Shown here piece after piece: positions 51,544 to 62,139 of a stretch of DNA of 64,000 nucleotides. A model generated the notes under the pieces. The model did not search any database. It was not told where the DNA came from and saw only the letters and a program-made list of their open reading frames with translations. Origin of the DNA: Candidatus Rariloculaceae bacterium (GTDB lineage Bacteria; Pseudomonadota; Gammaproteobacteria; Steroidobacterales; Rariloculaceae); NCBI GenBank assembly GCA_045561055.1, contig JBJKYL010000010.1, positions 287,051-351,050 on the forward strand, read 5' to 3'. Numbering within the stretch: position 1 is the stretch's first letter; every line of letters begins with the position of its first letter. The translations under genes and the position numbers were made by a program.

Positions 51544-52337
51544 AACGTGCGAGGGTCAATCGGCGCAAGACCGCGAAGCAGCGGCAGTCGTCAATACTAC
51601 CGAAGGCTCGTATAAATTTCCGGGCTATATTGTTACCGTCGTTGCTGATTGCGTCGGTTGCGGGTGCGTTACTCGCTGGGCAGATACTATTGGATCGTCC
51701 GGTCGGCAAGCTACAGATCGAAGGTTCTTTTCAACGCGTGACGCCGATACAGGTGGAAGCGGCTGTTTCGCCGGTGCTGGGTTTTGGGTTCCTTTCGAGC
51801 GATCTCAGCGAGATCCGACAGCTTGTTTCGACGCTCGACTGGGTAGACGAAGTTGAAGTTGTGCGTATCTGGCCGGACACGCTTGTGGTGCGCATATGGG
51901 AGCATGAGGCCGCCGCCCGCTGGGGCGATAAGGGATTGTTGAACACGCATGGCGTGCTATTCACCGACGAGTCGCGTTACGAATTTCCCGAACTGCCGCA
52001 GCTGATTGGACCGCATGGTGTTGAGTCTGAGGTAGCGAACCAATATCTGGTTCTTCGTGGACGTTTGGTTGAGTCCAATCTCTCTTTGGATACGTTATCG
52101 ATGGATGAACGGGGTGCTTGGTTGCTGAAACTCAATACGGGGCAGGAAGTTCGGTTCGGCCGGCGTGATGTCGAGCAACGCATCAATCGTTTTTTTGATA
52201 TAGCTGCGCCGGCGTTAGCATCGGATATGGATCGTGCCGAATACATCGACCTTCGCTATACAAATGGATTCTCTGTTGGTTGGCTAGACGACATGGCAAT
52301 AAAGATTGCCGGACATAGGGAGGGCTCGGGTGGTTAA
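51540..52337 (+). CDS. ftsQ: Cell division protein FtsQ
   Basis: 265 aa with a basic N-terminus, one TM helix and a POTRA-like region. It sits between murB and ftsA. The GTG start overlaps the murB stop. Confidence 0.8.
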   Translation: MKRARVNRRKTAKQRQSSILPKARINFRAILLPSLLIASVAGALLAGQILLDRPVGKLQIEGSFQRVTPIQVEAAVSPVLGFGFLSSDLSEIRQLVSTLDWVDEVEVVRIWPDTLVVRIWEHEAAARWGDKGLLNTHGVLFTDESRYEFPELPQLIGPHGVESEVANQYLVLRGRLVESNLSLDTLSMDERGAWLLKLNTGQEVRFGRRDVEQRINRFFDIAAPALASDMDRAEYIDLRYTNGFSVGWLDDMAIKIAGHREGSGG

Positions 52338-53565
52338 ACGTAGTGACCGCAAGCTCATCGTTGGACTAGACATAGGTACGTCTAAAGTTGTCACGGTTGT
52401 CGGCGAGCTTGCTGCCGAGAATACTCTTGAAGTCATCGGTATCGGATCGAATCCTTCTCGGGGGCTGAAGCGTGGTGTCGTCGTTAATATCGAATCGACG
52501 GTGCAGTCGATACAGCGCGCCGTAGAGGAGGCGGAACTAATGGCTGGTTGCGAGATTAATACCGTGTTTGCCGGTATCGCTGGCAGTCATGTCCGCAGTT
52601 TGAACTCCCACGGTATCGTCGCGATCCGTGACAAGGAAGTAAGCAGCGGTGATCTGGATAGGGTCATCGACGCTGCTAGAGCAGTCGCGATACCGGCCGA
52701 CCAAAGAATTCTACACGTGTTGCCGCAGGAGTTTCTTATCGATTCGAACGAGGGTATCCGTGAGCCGATTGGCATGTCTGGGATTCGCTTGGAGGCGAAG
52801 GTTCACCTTGTGACCGGTGCTGTTAGTGCAGCTCAGAACATTGTGAAGTGTGTGCAGCGCTGTGGGCTGGATGTCGAAGATGTAGTCCTCGAGCAGCTTG
52901 CATCGAGTTACTCTGTGCTCACAGAAGACGAGAAGGAGCTTGGAATCTGCATCGTTGATACTGGCGGGGGTACAACGGATATTGCTGTTTTTCGTGGAGG
53001 GGCGATTCAACACACGGCAGTCATACCGATAGCGGGGGATCAGGTTACTAATGATATCGCTGTCTCATTGCGTACGCCGACTCAGTATGCCGAAGAAATT
53101 AAGATTAAGTACGCTTGTGCACTGTCGCAACTCGCTAACCCTGACGAAACGATTGAGGTGCCAAGTGTCGGTGACCGGCCGCCGAGGCGTCTGGCGCGGC
53201 AAACTTTGGCTGAAGTCGTGGAACCGCGTTACGAAGAGCTATTTTCGCTTGTACGTGACGAGCTTCGGCGTTCCGGGTTCGAGGAACTGATTGCTGCGGG
53301 AGTCGTACTGACGGGAGGCAGCTCAAAGATGGAAGGCGCCGTTGAGTTAGCGGAAGAAATTTTTCACATGCCTGTTCGTTTGGGGCTCCCGCAATATGTT
53401 GAGGGTTTAGTCGATGTTGTACGAAACCCGATCCACGCTACGGCGGTGGGACTACTCTTGTACGGGAAGGAAGCGGTTGAGGCACAAGTTGATGCATCAG
53501 CATCACAGGTAGGAGTTTCCGGAGCTTTCGGACGGATGAAAGCCTGGTTTCAAGGGAATTTTTGA
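52330..53565 (+). CDS. ftsA: Cell division protein FtsA
   Basis: DRKLIVGLDIGTSKV aligns with residues 6-20 of E. coli FtsA. GTG 52330 (SD GGGAGGG 7 nt upstream) is preferred to the track's ATG 52306. Actin-like fold motifs DTGGGTTD. Confidence 0.9.
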   Translation: MVKRSDRKLIVGLDIGTSKVVTVVGELAAENTLEVIGIGSNPSRGLKRGVVVNIESTVQSIQRAVEEAELMAGCEINTVFAGIAGSHVRSLNSHGIVAIRDKEVSSGDLDRVIDAARAVAIPADQRILHVLPQEFLIDSNEGIREPIGMSGIRLEAKVHLVTGAVSAAQNIVKCVQRCGLDVEDVVLEQLASSYSVLTEDEKELGICIVDTGGGTTDIAVFRGGAIQHTAVIPIAGDQVTNDIAVSLRTPTQYAEEIKIKYACALSQLANPDETIEVPSVGDRPPRRLARQTLAEVVEPRYEELFSLVRDELRRSGFEELIAAGVVLTGGSSKMEGAVELAEEIFHMPVRLGLPQYVEGLVDVVRNPIHATAVGLLLYGKEAVEAQVDASASQVGVSGAFGRMKAWFQGNF

Positions 53566-53586
53566 GGTTTTGGATAAGGAGTCTGG

Positions 53587-54732
53587 ATGATGTTCGAATT
53601 AATGGATGGGCATGCGGAAACTGCGGTAATTAAAGTTATGGGAATCGGTGGTGGTGGCGGAAACGCTGTAGGGCATATGTTGGCATCCGGGATTGAAGGC
53701 GTAGATTTTATCTGCGCAAACACAGACGCTCAGGCACTGAAAAGTGCCAGAGTAAAGACGGGCATACAGATCGGTTGCAATATTACTAAAGGTCTGGGCG
53801 CTGGCGCTAATCCCGAGATTGGACGACAAGCCGCGATGGAGGACCGCGACAGGATCCAGGAAGTCGTTGAGGGTGCGGATATGCTGTTTTTAACAGCTGG
53901 GCTCGGCGGCGGAACGGGAACGGGAGCTGCGCCGGTCGTTGCGCAGTTAGCGAAAGAGCTAGGTGTTTTAACCGTCGCTGTGGTTACTAAGCCGTTCACG
54001 ATGGAAGGCGGTAAGCGTATGCATATTGCGGATCAAGGAATTGCTGAACTTTCTCGCTATGTTGACTCACTAATAACGATACCGAATGAGAAGCTCTTAA
54101 CTGTTCTTGGGCCAGAAACGACGTTACTCGATGCGTTTAAGGCAGCTAACCAGGTGCTGCAGGGCGCCGTCCAGGGTATTGCTGAGCTTATCACGCGTCC
54201 CGGACTTATTAACGTCGATTTTGCAGACGTTAGAACCGTAATGTCGGAAATGGGTATGGCTATGATGGGATCAGGAGTCGCAAGTGGTGATGGGCGGGCG
54301 CGTGAGGCAGCGGAGGCCGCGATCTCGAGTCCGTTGCTCGAGGATGTCAATTTGGCTGGAGCGAATGGTGTTCTTGTCAACGTCACGGCCGGCACGGATC
54401 TTTCGATCGGCGAATTCCAGGAGGTGGGTTTGACCGTCAAACATTTCGCTTCCGATGAGGCCACGGTAGTCGTCGGTACCGTGATTGATCCGGATATGGC
54501 AGGAGAGATTCGTGTTACTGTTGTTGCGACCGGATTGGGTCAAGCTACGGGCGTGGCAGACGTGCCCGTAAAAGTTGTCCGGCGAACTGCATCCGGTGAG
54601 CCCAACTACGCGGAGCTCGACAAGCCCGCAGTGCAGAGAAAGCAAGCAGTCGGCGACGGTATGATGCCGCCAACCGAAGAACTTGAGGATATGCTAGATA
54701 TACCAGCATTTCTGCGCAGGCAGGCCGACTAG
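53587..54732 (+). CDS. ftsZ: Cell division protein FtsZ
   Basis: 381 aa with GIGGGGGNAV, the tubulin signature GGGTGTGAAP, NVDFADV and the C-terminal peptide DIPAFLRRQAD. Confidence 0.97.
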   Translation: MMFELMDGHAETAVIKVMGIGGGGGNAVGHMLASGIEGVDFICANTDAQALKSARVKTGIQIGCNITKGLGAGANPEIGRQAAMEDRDRIQEVVEGADMLFLTAGLGGGTGTGAAPVVAQLAKELGVLTVAVVTKPFTMEGGKRMHIADQGIAELSRYVDSLITIPNEKLLTVLGPETTLLDAFKAANQVLQGAVQGIAELITRPGLINVDFADVRTVMSEMGMAMMGSGVASGDGRAREAAEAAISSPLLEDVNLAGANGVLVNVTAGTDLSIGEFQEVGLTVKHFASDEATVVVGTVIDPDMAGEIRVTVVATGLGQATGVADVPVKVVRRTASGEPNYAELDKPAVQRKQAVGDGMMPPTEELEDMLDIPAFLRRQAD

Positions 54733-54903
54733 CTGTATTCACCATCTATCAAACGGTTTTTGGCACAGGGGGCGCAGTGACTTGTTGCTGATGCGGTAAT
54801 ATGGTGGCGTTTCTGGCTGTTTATGGGGACAATTAAGCTATCTAATAATGGTTTTCAATAACGGTATAGGGCTTAACTCCGCTTTGCTCAAGGTCTGCAT
54901 TTG

Positions 54904-55815
54904 ATGAAACAACGGACTCTGAAAGAATCAATACGCGCTACAGGTATAGGTTTACATGGTGGTGAGAAGGTATATATGAACCTTCGGCCGGCGCCGGTTA
55001 ACGCCGGGATTATATTTCGGCGTGTCGATCTCGACATCCCTGTAGATATTCCCGCCACCGCCCTTAATGTAACGCAGACAAACCTCGGTACGACGCTTGA
55101 ACGTGATGGTGCCAAGGTGGCGACAGTTGAGCATCTACTGTCCGCGATGGCTGCGCTCGGTATCGATAACGCCTTCATTGATTTAACCGCAGCGGAAGTA
55201 CCAATTATGGACGGCAGTGCCGCGCCCTTTGTCTTTCTCCTACAGTCGGCCGGTATTGAGGAGCAATCCGCACCCAAGCGCTTCATTCGGATTCGCAAGC
55301 GAGTAGAGGTCGAGGATGGCGACAAGTGGGCGCGTCTAATGCCATACGATGGTTTCCGTGTGCAATTCGAGATCGATTTCGACCATCCAGTTCTACGTAA
55401 GCATCGCCAGACGGCAACTTTAGACTTTTCGACGACTGCGTTTCTCAAGGAGATTAGCCGAGCGCGGACCTTCGGGTTCCTGCGCGATCTCGAGATGCTA
55501 CGTGACCAGGACTTAACCTTGGGCGGCGGACTCGACAATGCCATCGTTATGGATGAATTTAGGGTCCTGAATGAAGATGGTCTGCGTTTTCGAGACGAGT
55601 TCGTGCGCCATAAGATTCTCGACGCTGTGGGCGATCTTTACCTTATGGGTGGTTGCCTCGTAGGCGAATTTAACGGCTTCAAATCCGGCCATGAGCTTAA
55701 CAATAAACTTCTCAGGGAGCTCATAGAGCAACCGGAGTGTTACGAGGAAATCGTCTTTAACGACGCAAATGTCTCACCAGTCGCTTATCAGCTCGTCCCG
55801 GAGCTATCCGACTGA
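54904..55815 (+). CDS. lpxC: UDP-3-O-acyl-N-acetylglucosamine deacetylase
   Basis: MKQRTLK...GIGLHGG.KV...LRPAP.N.GI.FRR.DL aligns with E. coli LpxC from residue 1. Motifs EHLLSA and HKILD are present. TTG 54901 is an alternative start. Confidence 0.95.
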   Translation: MKQRTLKESIRATGIGLHGGEKVYMNLRPAPVNAGIIFRRVDLDIPVDIPATALNVTQTNLGTTLERDGAKVATVEHLLSAMAALGIDNAFIDLTAAEVPIMDGSAAPFVFLLQSAGIEEQSAPKRFIRIRKRVEVEDGDKWARLMPYDGFRVQFEIDFDHPVLRKHRQTATLDFSTTAFLKEISRARTFGFLRDLEMLRDQDLTLGGGLDNAIVMDEFRVLNEDGLRFRDEFVRHKILDAVGDLYLMGGCLVGEFNGFKSGHELNNKLLRELIEQPECYEEIVFNDANVSPVAYQLVPELSD

Positions 55816-56090
55816 TCGGTTTGGGGTAGTACCCGGACATTTAGCCTTGCGGCGCCGAGTTCGTCGGCTCGATAGCGGACCCGAGCGGCCCAGGCTGAAG
55901 AATCCATCATCAGTAGGAGTTCGCCGTTCTCGGTAAGGCTGGCTGTGACGAGATGGGCGGCTTCTTCGACTGGAAGTAGCGCCCGAATTTGGGCTGTAAG
56001 CTTCTCTCGGCGGTGCGCTTCTGCGGCTAGATTCGCCAAACTCCCGGTCTCGAGTAGTTCCAAAAGAGATAGTGGACGCTGTTTGGTCAT
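55788..56090 (-). CDS. DUF721-domain protein (DciA-like)
   Basis: About 100 aa from ATG 56090. The pattern ...A.HL....L..GEL.L...SS.WA..(V/L)RY...EL... is typical of DUF721. It occupies the conserved slot between lpxC and the M23 peptidase/secA, as in Pseudomonas. The 3' end overlaps the lpxC 3' end by 28 nt. Confidence 0.5.
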   Translation of the reverse strand: MTKQRPLSLLELLETGSLANLAAEAHRREKLTAQIRALLPVEEAAHLVTASLTENGELLLMMDSSAWAARVRYRADELGAARLNVRVLPQTDQSDSSGTS

Positions 56091-56317
56091 GGGTCTGAGC
56101 CTGGTATCAACGTTTCCATAGCAGATGTTTGTATAGATAATATTTTTTGGGCATGCTTGGCAAGTAGGCAAGCATGAAACTCCCTATAGGCGTTCTACCC
56201 AAAGCCCTAGATCTAAGGATCATGGGGTAACCGAGTGATAGTTTACAGATAAGGTTATAATTTCGCTGCAGCCAATGAGCGATAGCAATGTTCGGGCTGT
56301 GATAAGAATAGCCCCAT

Positions 56318-57265
56318 ATGAATGAGGGGACGGAGCAGCATCCCATGGAATTGATTATTCTATCGAAGAATCGTGGCCGTTTAGGTCACTTAGAGCTGAC
56401 CTCCCGGCGAGTCCGGTTTGGACTTGCAGGGCTTGTGCTGCTTGGTTGTGCGGGCGTCTTCTATGGCGGTTTCGTGGCCGCCACTAAATTCGGCTTGGCT
56501 AATCCCACCAATCAGATCGCTGATTGGCAGGCCAATATCGACGAGCAGAAAACAGAACTTTATAACACCCGTAAAGCGGTGATGAATAACCTCCATGCTC
56601 TTGCTTTGCGGTTAGGACAGATGAACTCTCACGTGGTGCGACTCGATGCGCTGGGACAGCGACTTACGCAAATGGCGGGTTTCGAAGATGGCGAATTTAA
56701 TTTTACGGTGCCACCTTCTCTGGGGGGGCCCGAGGAAATCCTGACGCGAGATGATATGAATCAGGTTTCTGGACTGTTCTCGGCACTAGATGAGCTGGAT
56801 AGCCAGCTCACTAACCGCCAGCAACAGCTCCGCATACTTGAAGGCTTGCTCCTTAATCGCAAACTTCAGGATGAGGTTCATCCTGAGGGCAGGCCTATTT
56901 CCTCGGGTTACATCTCATCAGGTTTTGGCAATCGCATGGATCCGTTCACGGGTCGTGTGGCCTTTCACGAGGGAATTGACTTTGCGGGGAAGGAAGGCAC
57001 AGATGTGGTTGCGGTTGCTTCGGGCGTTGTGACCTGGTCAGGTAATCGTTATGGTTACGGTAAGATCGTAGAGATCACTCATGGTAATGGTTACGTGACT
57101 CTATACGCTCATAACGCTGAGAACTTTGTCGCAGTTGGAGATACTATAAAACGTGGAGAAATCATCGCTTCGATGGGCTCTACGGGACGCGCAACCGGAC
57201 CGAACTTGCATTTCGAAGTTTTACGGAATGGCAGAGTTGTAGACCCCTTGACCTATATTAACTAG
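56318..57265 (+). CDS. M23-family metallopeptidase (murein DD-endopeptidase-like)
   Basis: N-terminal TM helix, a coiled coil, and a C-terminal LytM domain (HEGIDFAG...GYG..VEI.HGNGY.T.YAH...GSTGR.TGP.LHFE). The start is ATG 56318 or 56345. Confidence 0.85.
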   Translation: MNEGTEQHPMELIILSKNRGRLGHLELTSRRVRFGLAGLVLLGCAGVFYGGFVAATKFGLANPTNQIADWQANIDEQKTELYNTRKAVMNNLHALALRLGQMNSHVVRLDALGQRLTQMAGFEDGEFNFTVPPSLGGPEEILTRDDMNQVSGLFSALDELDSQLTNRQQQLRILEGLLLNRKLQDEVHPEGRPISSGYISSGFGNRMDPFTGRVAFHEGIDFAGKEGTDVVAVASGVVTWSGNRYGYGKIVEITHGNGYVTLYAHNAENFVAVGDTIKRGEIIASMGSTGRATGPNLHFEVLRNGRVVDPLTYIN

Positions 57266-57361
57266 CCCCCATATCTCGATAACTGATTTGTATTTGCCGG
57301 TCCCAAAGACCGTCATCGATCCGTAGAAAACGTAGCCTCAACTATTATCCAGGGATTCGGT

Positions 57362-60277
57362 TTGCTAAAGTTTTTATCAACTTTCTTCACCGATCTTATC
57401 GGCAGCCGTAACAAGCGGCTGTTGAAGAGCTATAGTAAGTTCGTTGCGCAGATTAATGCGCTTGAGCCCTCTCTCAAGAAACTTAGTGATGAAGAGATCG
57501 GCGCTAGGACACCAGAGCTGCGGGCGAGAGTCTCTGCCGGAGCAGGGCTCGAGTCAGTTTTGCCGGAAGCGTTTGCTCTCGTGCGCGAGGCATCCCGCCG
57601 CTCGCTCGGATTACGCCACTTCGATGCGCAACTCATAGGCGGAATAACGTTGCATGAAGGCAAAATCGCCGAGATGCGCACCGGCGAGGGCAAAACTCTT
57701 GTTGCTACTCTGCCCGCTTATCTTAACTCTCTTACGGGCAAGGGCGTTCATATCATTACCGTAAACGATTATCTGGCCCAGCGAGATGCGGACTGGATGG
57801 GGCCGGTGTATCGTTTCCTTGGCCTGACCGTTGGGGTTGCGAAGGCGGGTCAGAGCCAAGAAGTCAAACGGACTGCATATGAGGCGGATATCACCTACGG
57901 AACAAACAATGAGTTTGGTTTTGATTATTTGCGCGACAATCTAGCATTCCGTCTCGAAGATCGGGTGCAGCGCGATCTTGCGTTCGCGGTTGTAGACGAA
58001 GTTGATTCAATCCTCATTGACGAAGCGCGAACGCCGTTGATCATCTCTGGCCGTTCGGAAGAAAGCACTGATCTATATCTTAAAATCAACCAGCTTGTGC
58101 CGTCGCTGAAACTCCATAGTCCGCCGCCAGGAGCGATCAACGACGAGATCGAGGCTGCTCAGGTAAATTTGTTAGGCACGTCTGAAGAGACCCTCGGTCA
58201 AATGAGCATCAGTGAGGCACAGAAAAAAGCCGCTGAAGGTAAGTTCTATCTCGTTGAGACGGACCCATCGACCAAGCCGGTCACATGCCAGCTTATTGTT
58301 CCAGGTGATTATACCGTTGACGAAAAAGCCAAACAGACGCATCTCACGGAGGAAGGACACGATCGCGTAGAACTATTGCTTGAGAAGGCAGGTGTGTTGG
58401 GGCACGGAGAAAGTCTCTACGATGCAGGTAACATTCGTCTCATGCACCATTTGAATGCAGCGTTACGCGCTCATGGGATTTTCAAGCGTGAGGTGGACTA
58501 TATTGTTAAGGATGGCGAGATCGTAATTGTTGATGAATTTACAGGGAGGACGATGGCAGGTAGGCGCTGGTCTGACGGGTTACATCAGGCTATCGAGGCA
58601 AAGGAAGGTGTTCGCGTCAAGGAGGAAAATCAGACGATTGCTTCCATTACGTTTCAGAACTACTTTCGCCTGTATACGAAACTTTCTGGAATGACTGGTA
58701 CTGCGGACACCGAAGCCTATGAGTTCCAACAGATATACGGGCTCGAAGTTGTCGTTATTCCCACTCACCTGGAGATGGTTCGAGAAGATGCGCCGGATTT
58801 GGTGTATCTAACGACGAAAGATAAATTTGACGCAATCATTGGGGATATAAGGGATTGTCGTGAGAGAGGCCAGCCAGTTTTGGTAGGAACGACTTCGATA
58901 GAGACGTCCGAACTGTTGTCCATGCTACTTGAAAAACAGAAAGTTTCGCATCAGGTATTGAATGCGAAGTACCACGAGAAGGAAGCACAGATCATAGTCG
59001 AGGCAGGCCGCCCTGGAGCGGTAACCATTGCGACCAACATGGCTGGGCGCGGCACCGACATTGTTCTTGGGGGTAATCTAGAAGCAGAGCTTGTTTCGCT
59101 TGGAGACGCCGGGAGCGCTGCTATTGATGCGTTGCGTAAGGACTGGCAGGACCGTCACCAGCAGGTTCTCGATGCTGGTGGACTGCATATTGTTGGTACA
59201 GAGCGCCACGAGTCACGGCGCATTGACAATCAGCTACGAGGTCGCTCCGGACGTCAGGGCGATGCTGGTTCGAGTCGTTTCTATCTCTCGATGGAAGATA
59301 ATCTTATGAGAATCTTTGGTGATCCCGAGCGAACCAAGCGTTTACTGTCGCGTGCTGGGATGCAGGAGGGTGAAGCTATCGAGAGCCGTATGCTGTCCAA
59401 GCAGATCGAGCGGGCCCAACGAAAAGTTGAGGCGCATAACTTCGACATCAGAAAACAGCTACTTGAGTATGATGATGTCGCTAACGATCAGCGTAAGGTT
59501 GTTTATCAGCAGCGTTCGGAGCTTATGGAAGCGAAAGATATATCAGACGCAATCGTTGTGATTCGTAATGAGGTCGTTAATCTGGTGGTTGACGAGTATA
59601 TTCCCCCCGAGAGTGTTGAAGAGCTGTGGGATACCGCGGGAATAGCGCCGGCTCTAGAGCGGGACTTCGGCACGCATGTCGATGTCGTCTCGATGCTTGA
59701 AAGTGATCATGGCCTTGGGGAAGATGGGCTTCGTGACGCGCTCGTCGAGCTTGTCAAACAGGACTACGAGATTAAAGTTGAATCTGTTGATCCCGAAGTC
59801 GTGAGGGAGCTCGAAAAGGGTGTCATGTTGCGCCAGCTAGATATGCACTGGAAGGAACACATCGGTGCTCTCGATTACCTTCGTCAAGGGATACACTTGC
59901 GCGGCTATGCGCAGAAGAACCCTAAGCAGGAGTATAAGCGTGAAGCCTTCGACATGTTTAGCGACACACTCGATCGAGTTAAGCACGATACGATTAGCAT
60001 TCTTTCGAAGATTCAGATTCGTCGGCCAGAGGATGTCGCCGCGGTTGAGCCACAGCGTAGCGATGTCAGTTCGATGAGATTCCAACATGCCGAAGCACCG
60101 GCCCTGACAGCGGCCCCAGTAGCGAAGGCACCGGCTCGTCTAGGCGTGCCCGCCCCACGTCCCCAAGTTGAACCTGTTGAGCAGTACGTGCGAGAGCAGC
60201 CGAAGGTCGGACGCAACCAACCTTGTCCCTGTGGTTCCGGGAAAAAATTCAAGCACTGTCACGGCCGGCCGAGTTGA
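57362..60277 (+). CDS. secA: Preprotein translocase ATPase SecA
   Basis: 971 aa with a TTG start. Motifs [33 protein letters not shown] and [11 protein letters not shown]-terminal Zn finger [15 protein letters not shown] roughly 50-aa insertion lies at the start of the preprotein cross-linking domain. Confidence 0.97.
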   Translation: MLKFLSTFFTDLIGSRNKRLLKSYSKFVAQINALEPSLKKLSDEEIGARTPELRARVSAGAGLESVLPEAFALVREASRRSLGLRHFDAQLIGGITLHEGKIAEMRTGEGKTLVATLPAYLNSLTGKGVHIITVNDYLAQRDADWMGPVYRFLGLTVGVAKAGQSQEVKRTAYEADITYGTNNEFGFDYLRDNLAFRLEDRVQRDLAFAVVDEVDSILIDEARTPLIISGRSEESTDLYLKINQLVPSLKLHSPPPGAINDEIEAAQVNLLGTSEETLGQMSISEAQKKAAEGKFYLVETDPSTKPVTCQLIVPGDYTVDEKAKQTHLTEEGHDRVELLLEKAGVLGHGESLYDAGNIRLMHHLNAALRAHGIFKREVDYIVKDGEIVIVDEFTGRTMAGRRWSDGLHQAIEAKEGVRVKEENQTIASITFQNYFRLYTKLSGMTGTADTEAYEFQQIYGLEVVVIPTHLEMVREDAPDLVYLTTKDKFDAIIGDIRDCRERGQPVLVGTTSIETSELLSMLLEKQKVSHQVLNAKYHEKEAQIIVEAGRPGAVTIATNMAGRGTDIVLGGNLEAELVSLGDAGSAAIDALRKDWQDRHQQVLDAGGLHIVGTERHESRRIDNQLRGRSGRQGDAGSSRFYLSMEDNLMRIFGDPERTKRLLSRAGMQEGEAIESRMLSKQIERAQRKVEAHNFDIRKQLLEYDDVANDQRKVVYQQRSELMEAKDISDAIVVIRNEVVNLVVDEYIPPESVEELWDTAGIAPALERDFGTHVDVVSMLESDHGLGEDGLRDALVELVKQDYEIKVESVDPEVVRELEKGVMLRQLDMHWKEHIGALDYLRQGIHLRGYAQKNPKQEYKREAFDMFSDTLDRVKHDTISILSKIQIRRPEDVAAVEPQRSDVSSMRFQHAEAPALTAAPVAKAPARLGVPAPRPQVEPVEQYVREQPKVGRNQPCPCGSGKKFKHCHGRPS

Positions 60278-60280
60278 TCC

Positions 60281-60676
60281 GTGCAACCGCGTTTAGATGT
60301 CGTTGTGGGTATAGTTCGAGATGCGACGGAACGAATCCTCATTAATCAACGTCCTTCTGGTACCTACCTTGAGGGTTTCTGGGAGTTTCCGGGTGGTAAG
60401 CGTCGAGCTGGGGAGGACCGAGAGACAGCGCTCAAGCGTGAGCTGGACGAAGAGCTTGGTATCGAGGTCGTAGTAGCCAAACCCTTGCTGGCTTTGCGTC
60501 ACGACTACCTGGATCGGCTAGTACATCTAGACGTTTGGTCGGTGCTCGAGTACTTGGGTAAGCCACGGGCGCGTGAGAGCCAGGGAATTGCCTGGGTGCA
60601 GCCTGAAGAGATGTCTGACATAAATTTCCTACCAGCTGACACGCCAATTATCGCAGCGTTGCTAGAAAGGAGTTAA
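60281..60676 (+). CDS. mutT: 8-oxo-dGTP diphosphatase (Nudix hydrolase MutT)
   Basis: 131 aa with Nudix box GGKRRAGEDRETALKRELDEELGI. It lies immediately downstream of secA, as in E. coli. GTG start. Confidence 0.8.
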   Translation: MQPRLDVVVGIVRDATERILINQRPSGTYLEGFWEFPGGKRRAGEDRETALKRELDEELGIEVVVAKPLLALRHDYLDRLVHLDVWSVLEYLGKPRARESQGIAWVQPEEMSDINFLPADTPIIAALLERS

Positions 60677-61476
60677 CAGAGGGCCAGGCGGAATGGGATA
60701 TTTTCGGTAACCTGTTTAGGACGGGCGTCGATACCTTCCCAGGTCACGAAGCGGACCGTAAAGCGGTGTTTTCCTGCGCTGATCTTGGGAAATCCGCCAA
60801 CATTAGCCGCGACGAGTACGCGCACCAGTAACGGTTGTTCGCCTCGATTCATATTGTGCTGATACATGCCGCTAGTCGCAATCTGCTCTACCGGTTCGGT
60901 AGTTTGACGTATTAGCCAGAGCACCTCGGACACCGCATTGCAAATTGTTTGTATGTCGCGGGTCCATTCGTTTAATTGTTTGGTTCGTTCCTTCAACGGT
61001 AGGCGTAGCCAGTAGGCGTAGTCGGGTAGATCGAACATGCAGGTTCCGCCCGGAATGGAACTCCGGTGCTTGATCATGTTCAGAAACTCGCATTCCTTCG
61101 CAGATGTCATGAATTGTGGGGTCGTCTCAGCTAGTGCCGATCGTAGCATCTCGACATTGTTGAGTAGGATTTTGACGCGTTCCAGGTCAACGTTCCGCCT
61201 GCGCGAGTAGTCCGATAGAATCCCGGTATGACGTTCGAGTTCTTTAAGCACCTCGTTGCGTACATCACCCCGGCTTAGAATAGCTAGAATCTCGAGAAGG
61301 GTTCCGATCGTTGCCCGGGCGCTAAAACCCGTTAAGTCCTTCGCATGGTATAGCAGTTGTTGATACAGAAACTCGATACGGAGAAAAGTTCGCATACGCT
61401 CCAAGAGCGGTTGTTCAAACTCCAGGATTCCCTCTTCTAGTGAGGTGCCTAGGGGTTTGCGGTCAATCTTAGTCAT
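60673..61476 (-). CDS. zapD: Cell division protein ZapD (YacF)
   Basis: 267 aa. N-terminal FEQPLLERMRTFLRIEFL is typical of ZapD/DUF1342. It is adjacent to coaE. Confidence 0.8.
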   Translation of the reverse strand: MTKIDRKPLGTSLEEGILEFEQPLLERMRTFLRIEFLYQQLLYHAKDLTGFSARATIGTLLEILAILSRGDVRNEVLKELERHTGILSDYSRRRNVDLERVKILLNNVEMLRSALAETTPQFMTSAKECEFLNMIKHRSSIPGGTCMFDLPDYAYWLRLPLKERTKQLNEWTRDIQTICNAVSEVLWLIRQTTEPVEQIATSGMYQHNMNRGEQPLLVRVLVAANVGGFPKISAGKHRFTVRFVTWEGIDARPKQVTENIPFRLALC

Positions 61477-61526
61477 AGCTCTATTTTGCGCGACGTTCTA
61501 CCGCACAGCAAACTCTATCTTACGGC

Positions 61527-62138
61527 CTAATTCCGTTCGGCATCGTTTATAGCTCGTTGCAGATAATCTTTGTGTAACGCTTTTACCCGCTGGCGGGTGA
61601 AGTTAAGAGTTTTGCTACCGTCGATGATGTCGTCGGCTTGCGTTACCCGTGTTTTTCGATCAGCCTGTGCGACAAGTATTGCTGAGGCTTCCTCCGCGCT
61701 AATGGCATCGCGTTGCACGAGTCGATTGATCTGTAGTTTGCGGGGACAGTCTACGACGAGCACACGGTTGACGAATTTGGCGAAATTTGTCTCTACAAGC
61801 AGTGGCACGACAATGATGGTGTAAGGCGCTTCCAAACCTTCAACCTGAAGCAGCGTTCTCGCCCGTATTAGTGGGTGAAGAATCGAATTGAGTTTTTCAC
61901 GAGCGGTTGGCTCGGTATATATGAGCTTCCGCATAGCTTCTCGGTTCAGCCCCCCGGACTTTAATAACAGTTCGTGGCCGAATGCTTCCTTGATTGCATC
62001 CAGCCCCGGTTCACCTGCAGCCACGACTTCACGAGCAACTATATCCGTGTCGACGATTCCCGCGCCTGCTTTTGCAAACAGTGTTGCAACAGTGGTTTTA
62101 CCGCTAGCGATGCCTCCGGTAAGTCCTAAACGGAACAC
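61527..62138 (-). CDS. coaE: Dephospho-CoA kinase
   Basis: 203 aa with P-loop GLTGGIASGKTTV. Confidence 0.9.
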   Translation of the reverse strand: MFRLGLTGGIASGKTTVATLFAKAGAGIVDTDIVAREVVAAGEPGLDAIKEAFGHELLLKSGGLNREAMRKLIYTEPTAREKLNSILHPLIRARTLLQVEGLEAPYTIIVVPLLVETNFAKFVNRVLVVDCPRKLQINRLVQRDAISAEEASAILVAQADRKTRVTQADDIIDGSKTLNFTRQRVKALHKDYLQRAINDAERN

Positions 62139-62139
62139 T

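Noticed and set aside
54761-54776. Sigma-54-like element TGGCAC-N5-...GCA (TGGCACAGGGGGCGCA) about 125 nt upstream of lpxC
   Set aside because: The GG/GC spacing is right, but the -12 element lacks the TTGC core (GCGC instead). No enhancer-binding-protein site is evident, and lpxC is not known to depend on sigma-54. It is most likely a chance match.
54888-55544. 218-aa minus-strand ORF, plus similar long antisense ORFs at 20040-20642, 7361-7801, 30589-31011 and 42938-43360
   Set aside because: They are shadow ORFs opposite strongly supported genes (lpxC, tkt, hldE, yrbG, murE/murF). Their low-complexity Arg/Ser/Pro-rich translations are typical of antisense frames.
57266-57361. A secM-like regulatory leader ORF upstream of secA
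   Set aside because: The gap is only 96 nt, with no ORF and no arrest-peptide-like sequence. secM is restricted to enterics.
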